DNA from: an uncultured Actinomycetes bacterium
Lineage (GTDB): Bacteria > Actinomycetota > Thermoleophilia > UBA2241
NCBI GenBank assembly: GCA_963767005.1
Contig: CAVYCN010000008.1
Span: 113,021 to 177,020 of the forward strand
Reading direction: 5' to 3'
DNA length: 64,000 nucleotides
Shown here: in pieces, positions 1-7,825 of the stretch
How the letters are laid out: each line of letters begins with the position of its first letter
How positions within the stretch are numbered: the stretch's first letter is position 1
The notes under the pieces: generated by a model
What the model saw: the letters and a program-made list of their open reading frames with translations, nothing else
Database searches by the model: none
What the model was told of the DNA's origin: nothing
Translations under genes and position numbers: made by a program

Positions 1-296
1 GGTCCGATGAAGGCCCAGAACTCGTAGATCACGATCGGCGACGCCAGGATCACGCCGACGTACGCCCACACCTTGAGGCTGACCATGAAGGGCTCGGCCG
101 GGCTGAACGTGGTGATCTTGTGGGGCACGTTCCCGGGGAGCCCCGCGAGCGGGTGGCGCATGAGGGCGAAGACCTGGTCGTTCAGCACGGCGGCGATGAC
201 GATGCCGACGCCGAGCGCGATGGCCGCGATGATGATGCGGCGGCGCAGCTCGTCGAGGTGATCGACGAGGGTGACGCGTTCGTCGAACCCGACCAT
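1..296 (-). CDS. tatC: Twin-arginine translocase subunit TatC (5' part; runs off the window start)
   Basis: Manual translation from ATG at 296: MVGFDERVTLVDHLDELRRRIIIAAIAL...TFSPAEPFMVSLKV...ASPIVIYEFWAFIG. Contains the HLxELRxR and YxxWxFI TatC motifs. Confidence 0.93.
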   Translation of the reverse strand, partial: MVGFDERVTLVDHLDELRRRIIIAAIALGVGIVIAAVLNDQVFALMRHPLAGLPGNVPHKITTFSPAEPFMVSLKVWAYVGVILASPIVIYEFWAFIG

Positions 297-304
297 GCCG
301 AGCG

Positions 305-943
305 TCAGTCGGGGGTCGTCGAGGCCGCTGCCGGGGCGCTGCTGCGGCGCAGCTTGCCGAACGTCTCGACGCCCGCCGGGTCGCCCTGGGCGGCGTCGGG
401 GCCGGCCGCCAGGGCGGCGGACGGCGCGGGAGCGTCGGGTGCGCTCGGCGCCTGCGGGGCGCTGGGCGCGGCGATTGCGGCGTTGTCGACCCCGCTCTCG
501 TCGGCGACCGCGGCGGGCCCGGTCGCCGCGGCGTCGACCGGCACCTCGGGTGCGGCGGGAGCGGCCTCGTCGGTCGGGACCTGGGGTGTGTCCGGAGCGT
601 CCTCGTCGGCCATGCCGGCCGGCTCGGTGAGGGCGGCGCCGGTCACGGCACCGGTCACGGCGGCCGTCACCGCGGCGGGCGCGATGCTGTCGGGCGCCGT
701 GGGGGTGGCGGCGGGCGCGGCGGGCTGGGTGTCGCCGGTGAGGCTGAAGCTCGATTTGAGGTCGTTGACGGAGCCGGCGATGTCGTCGACGCCGATCTGC
801 GAGCGGATCTCGCTCGTGGCCGTCCTGAACTCGCGGATCGCCTGACCAAGCTGCTTGCCCATCTGAGGCAGGCGCTTGGGGCCGAACACCACGAGGGCGA
901 TGACCAGCACCATGAGGAGCTCGGGGAGACCGATGTTGGGCAT
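305..943 (-). CDS. tatB: TatA/TatB-family translocase subunit with long Ala/Pro/acidic low-complexity tail
   Basis: MPNIGLPELLMVLVIALVVFGPKRLPQMGKQLGQAIREFR: TM helix, FGP hinge and amphipathic helix. GAGG SD before ATG 943; lies directly upstream of tatC. Confidence 0.8.
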   Translation of the reverse strand: MPNIGLPELLMVLVIALVVFGPKRLPQMGKQLGQAIREFRTATSEIRSQIGVDDIAGSVNDLKSSFSLTGDTQPAAPAATPTAPDSIAPAAVTAAVTGAVTGAALTEPAGMADEDAPDTPQVPTDEAAPAAPEVPVDAAATGPAAVADESGVDNAAIAAPSAPQAPSAPDAPAPSAALAAGPDAAQGDPAGVETFGKLRRSSAPAAASTTPD

Positions 944-1172
944 GCGAGGACCACCTCTGTGGAATGACAGGCCCGCTTGGACCTCGTACAAAGAGTACGC
1001 ACACCACATCGGAGCGTCAATCGTGGCCCCGGCGCGTCGGCGACGGGGGACGCCGGTAGCCGGGGGCGCCTTGTCCAGCATGTCCAACAGGGCCCCGCCA
1101 GGCGGGCCGAGTCGTCAGAGAATCACCTGCAAATCGGGGAGAACACGGTCCGACGGAAAGGCCGTCGGCCGG

Positions 1173-1202
1173 TTGCGCCACTTCGCGGCGCTTTGCTATA
1201 GT
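1173..1202 (+). promoter_or_regulatory. Putative housekeeping-sigma promoter of the nuo operon
   Basis: TTGCGC-N18-TATAGT with extended TG (TGcTATAGT), about 60 nt before nuoA. Preceded by inverted repeat CCGACGG-N5-CCGTCGG (1150-1168). Confidence 0.6.
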
Positions 1203-1262
1203 CGCCTCGGCCACCGGCCCGGAAGCCGGGCCCTCCCGTCCACCGAGCGTCGACACCGGGGT

Positions 1263-1631
1263 ATGACGAGCGCATTCCTCACGAGCTGGGCTTACGTCGC
1301 CGTGTTCATCGTGGCCGGCGCGGTCATGGTCGTCGGCATCCTGCTGATGTCGCGGCTCGTGTACCCGATCCACCCGTCGCCCGAGAAGTACTCCACGTAC
1401 GAGTGCGGCATCGAGCCGGTCGGCGACTCGTGGCACCCCTTCGCCGTGCGCTACTACATCTTCGCCCTGCTGTTCCTGGTCTTCGACGTCGAGGCCATCT
1501 TCCTCTTCCCGTGGACGCTCTCGTTCCGGCGCTTCGGCACGACGGGCTTCGTCGAGGTCCTGCTGTTCATCGGCGTGCTCGCGGTCGGCCTGCTCTACGC
1601 CTGGCGCAAGGGAGCGCTCGAATGGGCGTGA
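1263..1631 (+). CDS. nuoA: NADH-quinone oxidoreductase subunit A
   Basis: [22 protein letters not shown] and WRKGALEW motifs; 3 TM segments. Confidence 0.96.
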   Translation: MTSAFLTSWAYVAVFIVAGAVMVVGILLMSRLVYPIHPSPEKYSTYECGIEPVGDSWHPFAVRYYIFALLFLVFDVEAIFLFPWTLSFRRFGTTGFVEVLLFIGVLAVGLLYAWRKGALEWA

Positions 1632-2332
1632 TCGACGACGCCGGCCTGCGCGGCTTCGTCGACCGGTTCCAGTACCCGAACATCAGCCAGTTCGAGCGGC
1701 CCAACGTCATCACGACGACCGTCGACTTCATCTTCAGCTGGGCGCGCTCGCACTCGGTGTTCCCGTTCACCTACGGCCTCGCCTGCTGCGCGATCGAGAT
1801 GCTCTCCTCGGGCTTCGCCCGCTTCGACGTCGCGCGGTACGGCATGGAGGTCTTCCGGCCCACGCCGCGCCAGTGCGACCTGATGATCGTGGCCGGCACC
1901 GTCAACGAGAAGATGGCGCCGGTGCTCAAGCGCCTCTACGAGCAGATGTCCGAGCCCAAGTGGGTGATCGCCATGGGCGCCTGCGCGACCAGCGGCGGCC
2001 CGTTCTACGACGGCTACAACGTCGTGAACGGCGTCGACAAGGTCGTGCCGGTCGACGTCTACATCCCGGGCTGCCCGCCGCGCCCCGAGGCGCTCTTCCA
2101 GGGTCTGCTCGAGCTGCAGAAGAAGATCCAGGCGATGCGCATCGTGCCGCCGGTGACCGGCGACGTCGCGGCGAGCGAGCGCGACGAGCGCGCCGCCGCG
2201 CAGCAGGCGGTCGCCGACCTCGACGGCAGCGCCGCCGAGGTCGGCGCGGCGCAGGTCGCCGCGCCCGACACCGAGCCGGCCGTGGCGTCCGCCGCGACCG
2301 CCCGAGCCGCCCGCGACGGGGACGAGGGCTAA
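1622..2332 (+). CDS. nuoB: NADH-quinone oxidoreductase subunit B
   Basis: [18 protein letters not shown] and [13 protein letters not shown] (N2 cluster ligands); Ala-rich C-terminal tail. Confidence 0.96.
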   Translation: MGVIDDAGLRGFVDRFQYPNISQFERPNVITTTVDFIFSWARSHSVFPFTYGLACCAIEMLSSGFARFDVARYGMEVFRPTPRQCDLMIVAGTVNEKMAPVLKRLYEQMSEPKWVIAMGACATSGGPFYDGYNVVNGVDKVVPVDVYIPGCPPRPEALFQGLLELQKKIQAMRIVPPVTGDVAASERDERAAAQQAVADLDGSAAEVGAAQVAAPDTEPAVASAATARAARDGDEG

Positions 2333-2334
2333 CC

Positions 2335-2829
2335 GTGCTGCCCGCCATCGGTGCGGCCGGCCTGTCCGTCGCCGACGTCGCCGCGCGTCTGACCGAGGCC
2401 TTCGGCGACGACCTCGCCGGGCCGCGCGTCCAGGGCGCCGGCACGGTCGTCGCCGGCGTCGACCGCGCCCGCCTGCACGACGTCGCCGAGCGGCTGCGCG
2501 CGCTCGAGGGTCTCGCCTACGAGTCGTGCAACTTCATCGCCGCGGTCGACCACGGCGACCGCTACGAGACGGTCTACCACCTCTACTCCTACGCCTCGAA
2601 CACGTACCTCGAGCTGCACGTCGACGTGCCGCGCGGCAAGCCGGCGGTGGCCACCGTGTCCGACGTCTGGCCGGCGGCCGACTGGCACGAGCGCGAGGCC
2701 TGGGACATGATGGGCATCCGCTTCGAGGGTCACCCCGACCTGCGCCGCATCCTGCTGGCCGACGGCTGGGTCGGCCACCCGCTGCGCAAGGACTACGTCG
2801 ACTCGGTCGAGAACCACCCCCATGTCTGA
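2335..2829 (+). CDS. nuoC: NADH-quinone oxidoreductase subunit C
   Basis: WHEREAWDMMGIRFEGHPDLRRILL...GHPLRKDY signature; GTG start after GAGGG. Confidence 0.95.
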   Translation: MLPAIGAAGLSVADVAARLTEAFGDDLAGPRVQGAGTVVAGVDRARLHDVAERLRALEGLAYESCNFIAAVDHGDRYETVYHLYSYASNTYLELHVDVPRGKPAVATVSDVWPAADWHEREAWDMMGIRFEGHPDLRRILLADGWVGHPLRKDYVDSVENHPHV

Positions 2830-4036
2830 CCAGTTCGCGACAGCCGTGCCCGACGAGGCCATGGCCCTGGCGCTGCGCCGTATCGCCGAGTCCGAGGCCG
2901 AGGGCCAGGGCAGCGACATGGCCGGCCTGGGCTTCAACCAGGTGGTCGTCAACATGGGGCCGCAGCACCCCTCGACCCACGGTGTGCTGCGCCTGGTCGT
3001 CACGCTCGACGGCGAGCTCGTCAAGGACGTCATCCCCGTCGTCGGCTACCTGCACCGCAGCTTCGAGAAGATCGCCGAGAAGCGCACGTACTACCAGTAC
3101 ATCCCCTACCCGGCTCGCACCGAGTACCTGGCCGGCATCAACTGCGAGTGGGCCTACCTGCTCGCCGTCGAGCAGCTCGCCGGCATCACGCCCACGCGCC
3201 GCGCCGAGTTCGTCCGCGTGATCATGGCCGAGCTCAACCGCATCGCGAGCCACCAGGTGGGCGTCGGCACGTTCGTGGCCGACCTCGCGCCGCTCGGCAC
3301 GGCGATGGTCTTCTACGCCTTCCGTCACCGCGAGCAGATCCTCGACCTGCTCGAGGCCGCGACCGGAGCGCGCATGATGTTCAACTACCTGCGCTTCGGC
3401 GGCGTGCGCGACGACCTGCCCGACGGCTGGATCGAGTCGTGCCGGGCGGCGATGCAGAAGGTGCCGGCCTGGTGCGACGAGTACGAGCGGCTCGTCAACG
3501 ACAATGCCGTCTTCCTGCAGCGCTGCGTCGGCAAGGGCGTGATCACCCAGGACGACGTGGCCGACTACGCCATCACCGGCCCCAACGCGCGCGCCTCGGG
3601 CGTGGCCCACGACCTGCGCCGCACCCGGCCCTACTCGGTCTACCCCGAGCTCGACTTCGCGGTCTGCACGGCCGAGCACGGTGACGTGTACGACCGCTAC
3701 CTGGTGCGGATCGACGAGATCCGCGAGTCGGCGAAGATCGTGCTGCAGTGCCTCGACATGCTGCCGGCCGGTCCCGTACGTCTGGGCACCCTCAGGCCGC
3801 CCTACGTCATCGCCCCGCCGCCGGGCGCCTGCTACGTCGGGCAAGAGAACCCGCGCGGCGAGTTCGGCACCTACGTCGTGAGCGACGGCTCGCGCTACCC
3901 GTACCGGCTCAAGTACCGCGACCCCTGTTTTGTGAACCTGCAGATCTTTCCCAAGCTGCTGCGCGGCAACAAGATCGCCGACGCCGTCGCCATCTCGGGG
4001 AGCATGGACATGGTGCTCGGAGGGATCGACCGCTGA
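2822..4036 (+). CDS. nuoD: NADH-quinone oxidoreductase subunit D
   Basis: NMGPQHPSTHGVLR, GYLHR, ELNRIASH, ENPRGE and C-terminal DMVLGGIDR; no NiFe-binding CxxC pairs. Confidence 0.96.
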   Translation: MSDQFATAVPDEAMALALRRIAESEAEGQGSDMAGLGFNQVVVNMGPQHPSTHGVLRLVVTLDGELVKDVIPVVGYLHRSFEKIAEKRTYYQYIPYPARTEYLAGINCEWAYLLAVEQLAGITPTRRAEFVRVIMAELNRIASHQVGVGTFVADLAPLGTAMVFYAFRHREQILDLLEAATGARMMFNYLRFGGVRDDLPDGWIESCRAAMQKVPAWCDEYERLVNDNAVFLQRCVGKGVITQDDVADYAITGPNARASGVAHDLRRTRPYSVYPELDFAVCTAEHGDVYDRYLVRIDEIRESAKIVLQCLDMLPAGPVRLGTLRPPYVIAPPPGACYVGQENPRGEFGTYVVSDGSRYPYRLKYRDPCFVNLQIFPKLLRGNKIADAVAISGSMDMVLGGIDR

Positions 4037-5151
4037 TGGACATCTTCCTCGCCATCGTGCGGTGCGTCGTCGCGGTGCTGATCGCCTACGGCATCGTGTT
4101 CGCCGCGGCGCTCGTCAACATCCTCTTCGAGCGCCGCGCGCTCGCCTTTCTGCAGGACCGCCTGGGCCCCAACCGGACCGGCTGGCAGGGCAGCCTGCAG
4201 AGCGTCGCCGACGCCTTCAAGATGATGGGCAAAGAGGACTTCGCCCCGAGCGCCGCCGACAAGGCGATGTTCACGCTGGCGCCGATCATGGTCATGATCG
4301 GCGCCGTCGCGATCCAGGTCGTCGTGCCCTACACGAGCGGCTGGACCGACCAGAACCTGAACGTCGGCCTCATCTACATCGTCGCCATCACGAGCTTCAC
4401 CGTGCTTGCGATCCTGCTCGGCGGCTGGGCCTCCCACAACAAGTACTCGCTGGTCGGCGCGCTGCGCTCGGGCGCCCAGATGATCTCGTACGAGGTGCCG
4501 ATGATCCTCGCGCTGCTCGTCGTCGCCATGGGCGCGGGCTCGCTCAGCCTGAACACGGTGGTCGCGGTCCAGCGCCACTACGAGTGGTTCGCGTTCACCA
4601 TGCCGTTCACGTTCCTGCTCTTCTTCATCGCCTCGATCGCCGAGCTCAACCGCGGCCCCTTCGACCTGCCCGAGTCCGAGTCCGAGCTCGTCGCCGGCTA
4701 CGGCACCGAGTACTCCGGCATGCGCTTCGGCATGTTCTTCCTGAACGAGTATGCCGGCATGACGATCATGTCGATGGTCACGGTCACGCTGTTCCTGGGC
4801 GGCTGGCAGGGGCCGCTGGCCGGCGCGCTCGTCGTGCACGGGGTGGCGATCGTGCCGATCCTCTGGTTCCTGATCAAGGTGTACGCGCTCGTGTTCGCGC
4901 TCATCTGGATCCGCCTGTCGGTGCCCCGCCTGCAGGTCGACCAGCTCATGGGCTTCGCCTGGAAGGTCCTCATCCCACTCGGCCTGGTCAACGTGCTCGC
5001 CACGGCGGCCGTCGCGCTCTGGGCGCCCCACTGGAAGCTCGCCATGGCGGCCTATAGCTGGATCGCCTTGATCGCCTTCGTCGGCCTGTTCGACGCGGTG
5101 CTGCGCTGGCGCCTGCGGCGCCAGCGTCGGCGCGTTACGGTGACCGCCTGA
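4036..5151 (+). CDS. nuoH: NADH-quinone oxidoreductase subunit H
   Basis: ERRALAFLQDRLGPNR, QMISYE and NRGPFDLPESESELVAGY motifs. Confidence 0.96.
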   Translation: MDIFLAIVRCVVAVLIAYGIVFAAALVNILFERRALAFLQDRLGPNRTGWQGSLQSVADAFKMMGKEDFAPSAADKAMFTLAPIMVMIGAVAIQVVVPYTSGWTDQNLNVGLIYIVAITSFTVLAILLGGWASHNKYSLVGALRSGAQMISYEVPMILALLVVAMGAGSLSLNTVVAVQRHYEWFAFTMPFTFLLFFIASIAELNRGPFDLPESESELVAGYGTEYSGMRFGMFFLNEYAGMTIMSMVTVTLFLGGWQGPLAGALVVHGVAIVPILWFLIKVYALVFALIWIRLSVPRLQVDQLMGFAWKVLIPLGLVNVLATAAVALWAPHWKLAMAAYSWIALIAFVGLFDAVLRWRLRRQRRRVTVTA

Positions 5152-5912
5152 TGCTCGGCATCCTCAAGGCCATGGGCACCACGCTGGCGCACCTGCCGCA
5201 GCGCAAGATCACGGTGCAGTACCCCGAGGAGCGCGAGCAGCTGCCGGAGCGCAGCCGTGGCCTGTTCCAGGTGGTGACCGACCCCGCCACCGGCGAGCCT
5301 GCCTGCCGCGCCTGCACGCTGTGCGAGACCAACTGCCCGGTGCAGGTCATCCGCGTGAACTACACCTCGACCCACGCCCTGCCGGCGGTCGACGACGCGC
5401 GCATCACGCGCGTGCGGGCAGCGGCGCAGCCCGTGCCCGACACGACGCTGATCGCGCCGGTGATCGACCAGTACCGCAAGACCGGCCAGGGCCTCATGGG
5501 CGTCCTGCAGCACACCCAGGAGATCTACGGCTACCTGCCGCGCCTCGCCCTGCAGGAGATCGCGGTCGAGACCGGCGTCTCGCTGTCGCAGCTCTACGGC
5601 GTGGCGAGCTTCTACGACCAGTTCCGCCTGAACCCCGTGGGCCGCTTCGTCGTGACCGTCTGTCACGGCACCGCCTGCCACGTCGCCGGCGCGCCGCTCA
5701 TCACCGAGGCCTTCTCCGAGGAACTCGGCCTCGAGGTCGGCAAGACCAGCAAGGACCGCCTCTTCACCCTGCAGACCGTGAGCTGCGTCGGCGCCTGCGC
5801 CCTGGCCCCGGTAGTGCGCATCGGCGACGATGAGACTCACGGCCGCATGACGCCCGACAAGGCGCGCAGCCTGGTCGGCGAGCTGCGCCACCGCGCCGAG
5901 GTCGACCGATGA
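5151..5912 (+). CDS. Fusion of the NuoI N-terminal half (one CxxCxxCxxxCP) and a NuoE/HydC [2Fe-2S] subunit
   Basis: Residues ~1-70 are the NuoI N-terminus (ITVQYPEEREQLPERSRG...CRACTLCETNCP). The remainder is NuoE/HydC (YGYLP, GVASFY, VCHGTACH, SCVGACALAP). Confidence 0.9.
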   Translation: MLGILKAMGTTLAHLPQRKITVQYPEEREQLPERSRGLFQVVTDPATGEPACRACTLCETNCPVQVIRVNYTSTHALPAVDDARITRVRAAAQPVPDTTLIAPVIDQYRKTGQGLMGVLQHTQEIYGYLPRLALQEIAVETGVSLSQLYGVASFYDQFRLNPVGRFVVTVCHGTACHVAGAPLITEAFSEELGLEVGKTSKDRLFTLQTVSCVGACALAPVVRIGDDETHGRMTPDKARSLVGELRHRAEVDR

Positions 5913-7825
5913 GCGTGGCGATCGATCGCGGCAGCCTGATCGAAGCCGCCCTCGCCCGCGCGCTGCACCCCGAGAGCATCATCGCCCACGAGGGCGCCCG
6001 CGAGGTGCGCATCTGCGCCGGCACGGCCTGCCACGCGTCCGGCCGTCCGGCCGTCACCGCCGCCTTCCGCGAGCAGCTCGCCGACAAGGGCCTGGCCGAC
6101 ACGGTGCGGGTCGTCGAGACCGGCTGCCACGGCTTCTGCGAGCAGGGCCCGATCGTGCTGCTGCAGCCCCAGGGCCTGTTCTACTCGCGGGTGCGGGCGA
6201 CCGATGTGGCCGGCATCATCACGGCCAGCATCGAGGCCGACGGCGTCTACGAGAAGCGCCTCTACAAGCACCCGGCGACCGGCGAGCCGGTGCCCCACGA
6301 GGAGGACATCCCGTTCTACGCCGGGCAGCGCCGTCTCGTGCTCAACTTGAACGGCCGCATCGACCCCTACTCGATCGACGACTACCTCGCCCAGGACGGC
6401 TATCGCGCGCTGGCCGACGTGCTCGTGCGCGACGACCCGGTCGGCGTGATCGACGACATCGAGAACTCGGGGTTGCGCGGCCGCGGCGGCGCCGGCTTTC
6501 CGGCCGGCCGCAAGTGGCGCTCCTGCCGGGCCAACCCCGGCGACTGCAAGTACGTCATCTGCAACGGTGACGAGGGCGACCCCGGCGCCTTCATGGACCG
6601 CTCGGTGCTCGAGGGCAACCCGCACTCGGTGGTCGAGGGCATGATCATCGCCGCCTATGCGATCGGCTCGGGCGTGGCGCCGGTGCACGGCTTCGTGTAC
6701 GTGCGCGCCGAGTATCCGTTCGCCGTGCAGCGCCTCGACGCCGCCCTCGCCCAGGCGCGCGAGCGCGGCCTGCTCGGCGCGAACATCCTCGACTCGGGCT
6801 TCGACTTCGACATCCGCATCAACCAGGGCGCCGGCGCCTTCGTCTGCGGCGAGTCCACGGCGCTCACCGCGAGCATCGAGGGCCAGCGCGGCATGCCGCG
6901 CGGCAAGCACATCCGCACCGTCGCCCACGGCCTCTACGGCCAGCCGACCAACCTGAACAACGTCGAGACGTTCGCCAACGTGCCCTGGATCGTGTCGCAC
7001 GGCGTCGACGCCTACCGCGCGATGGGCACCGAGACCTCGAAGGGCACCAAGATCTTCTCGCTCACCGGCAAGCTCCAGAACGGCGGCCTCGTCGAGGTGC
7101 CGATGGGCGCCACGCTGCGCGAGGTCATCTTCGACGTGGGCGGCGGCATGCTGCCCGGCCGCGAGTTCAAGGCCGTGCAGCTCGGCGGCCCCTCGGGCGG
7201 CTGCCTGCCGGCCGACCTGCTCGACTCGCCCGTCGACTTCGAGAGCCTGCTGGCCGCCGGCTCGATGATGGGCTCGGGCGGCATGGTCGTGGTCGACGAC
7301 TCGACCTGCATGGTCGACTTCGCCAAGTTCTTCCTGCAGTTCACCCAGGACGAGAGCTGCGGCAAGTGCGTGCCCTGCCGCCTGGGCACCAAGCGCATGC
7401 TCGAGACGCTCGTGCGCATCACCGAGGGCGAGGGCCGGCCCGACGACATCGAGCTCCTCGAGGAGCTGTCCGAGTACATCATCGACGGCTCGCTGTGCGC
7501 CCTCGGCGGCAGCGCCCCCAACCCGGTGCTCAGCACGCTGCGCTACTTCCGCGACGAGTACGTCGCCCACGTCGAGGACCGGTGCTGCCCCGCCGGTCGC
7601 TGCAAGGCGCTCATCACCTACTACATCAGCGGCGACTGCACCGGCTGCGGGCTCTGCGCCAAGAAGTGCCCGACCCAGGCGATCACCGGCGAGCGCAAGC
7701 AGATGCACGTGATCGACACCGACCTCTGCATCAAGTGCGACACCTGCCGCCAGGTTTGCAACTTCAACGCCGTCCGGGTGCACTCGGGCTCGCAGGCCGG
7801 CGCGGCCGACGGAGGTGCGGCGTGA
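5909..7825 (+). CDS. nuoF: NuoF/HydB-type FMN/NADH-binding subunit with extra N-terminal [2Fe-2S] and C-terminal 2x[4Fe-4S] domains
   Basis: SGLRGRGGAGFP, CNGDEGDPGAFMDR, GAFVCGE, GGPSGG and ESCGKCVPCR. N-terminal CAGTAC..GCHGFC; C-terminal HVEDRCCPAGRC, CTGCGLCAKKCP and CIKCDTCRQVC. Confidence 0.92.
   Translation: MSVAIDRGSLIEAALARALHPESIIAHEGAREVRICAGTACHASGRPAVTAAFREQLADKGLADTVRVVETGCHGFCEQGPIVLLQPQGLFYSRVRATDVAGIITASIEADGVYEKRLYKHPATGEPVPHEEDIPFYAGQRRLVLNLNGRIDPYSIDDYLAQDGYRALADVLVRDDPVGVIDDIENSGLRGRGGAGFPAGRKWRSCRANPGDCKYVICNGDEGDPGAFMDRSVLEGNPHSVVEGMIIAAYAIGSGVAPVHGFVYVRAEYPFAVQRLDAALAQARERGLLGANILDSGFDFDIRINQGAGAFVCGESTALTASIEGQRGMPRGKHIRTVAHGLYGQPTNLNNVETFANVPWIVSHGVDAYRAMGTETSKGTKIFSLTGKLQNGGLVEVPMGATLREVIFDVGGGMLPGREFKAVQLGGPSGGCLPADLLDSPVDFESLLAAGSMMGSGGMVVVDDSTCMVDFAKFFLQFTQDESCGKCVPCRLGTKRMLETLVRITEGEGRPDDIELLEELSEYIIDGSLCALGGSAPNPVLSTLRYFRDEYVAHVEDRCCPAGRCKALITYYISGDCTGCGLCAKKCPTQAITGERKQMHVIDTDLCIKCDTCRQVCNFNAVRVHSGSQAGAADGGAA

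Noticed and set aside
944-1262. Rex operator upstream of nuoA
   Set aside because: No TTGTGAA-N4-TTCACAA-like dyad seen.
2822-4036. Group 4 [NiFe]-hydrogenase large subunit
   Set aside because: No N- or C-terminal CxxC metal ligands; the quinone-site His/Tyr and the IDR terminus of NuoD are present.
5151-5912. nuoI pseudogene or frameshift artefact
   Set aside because: The frame is continuous, all four Cys are intact, and the complementary half is preserved in frame 4.6 kb downstream.
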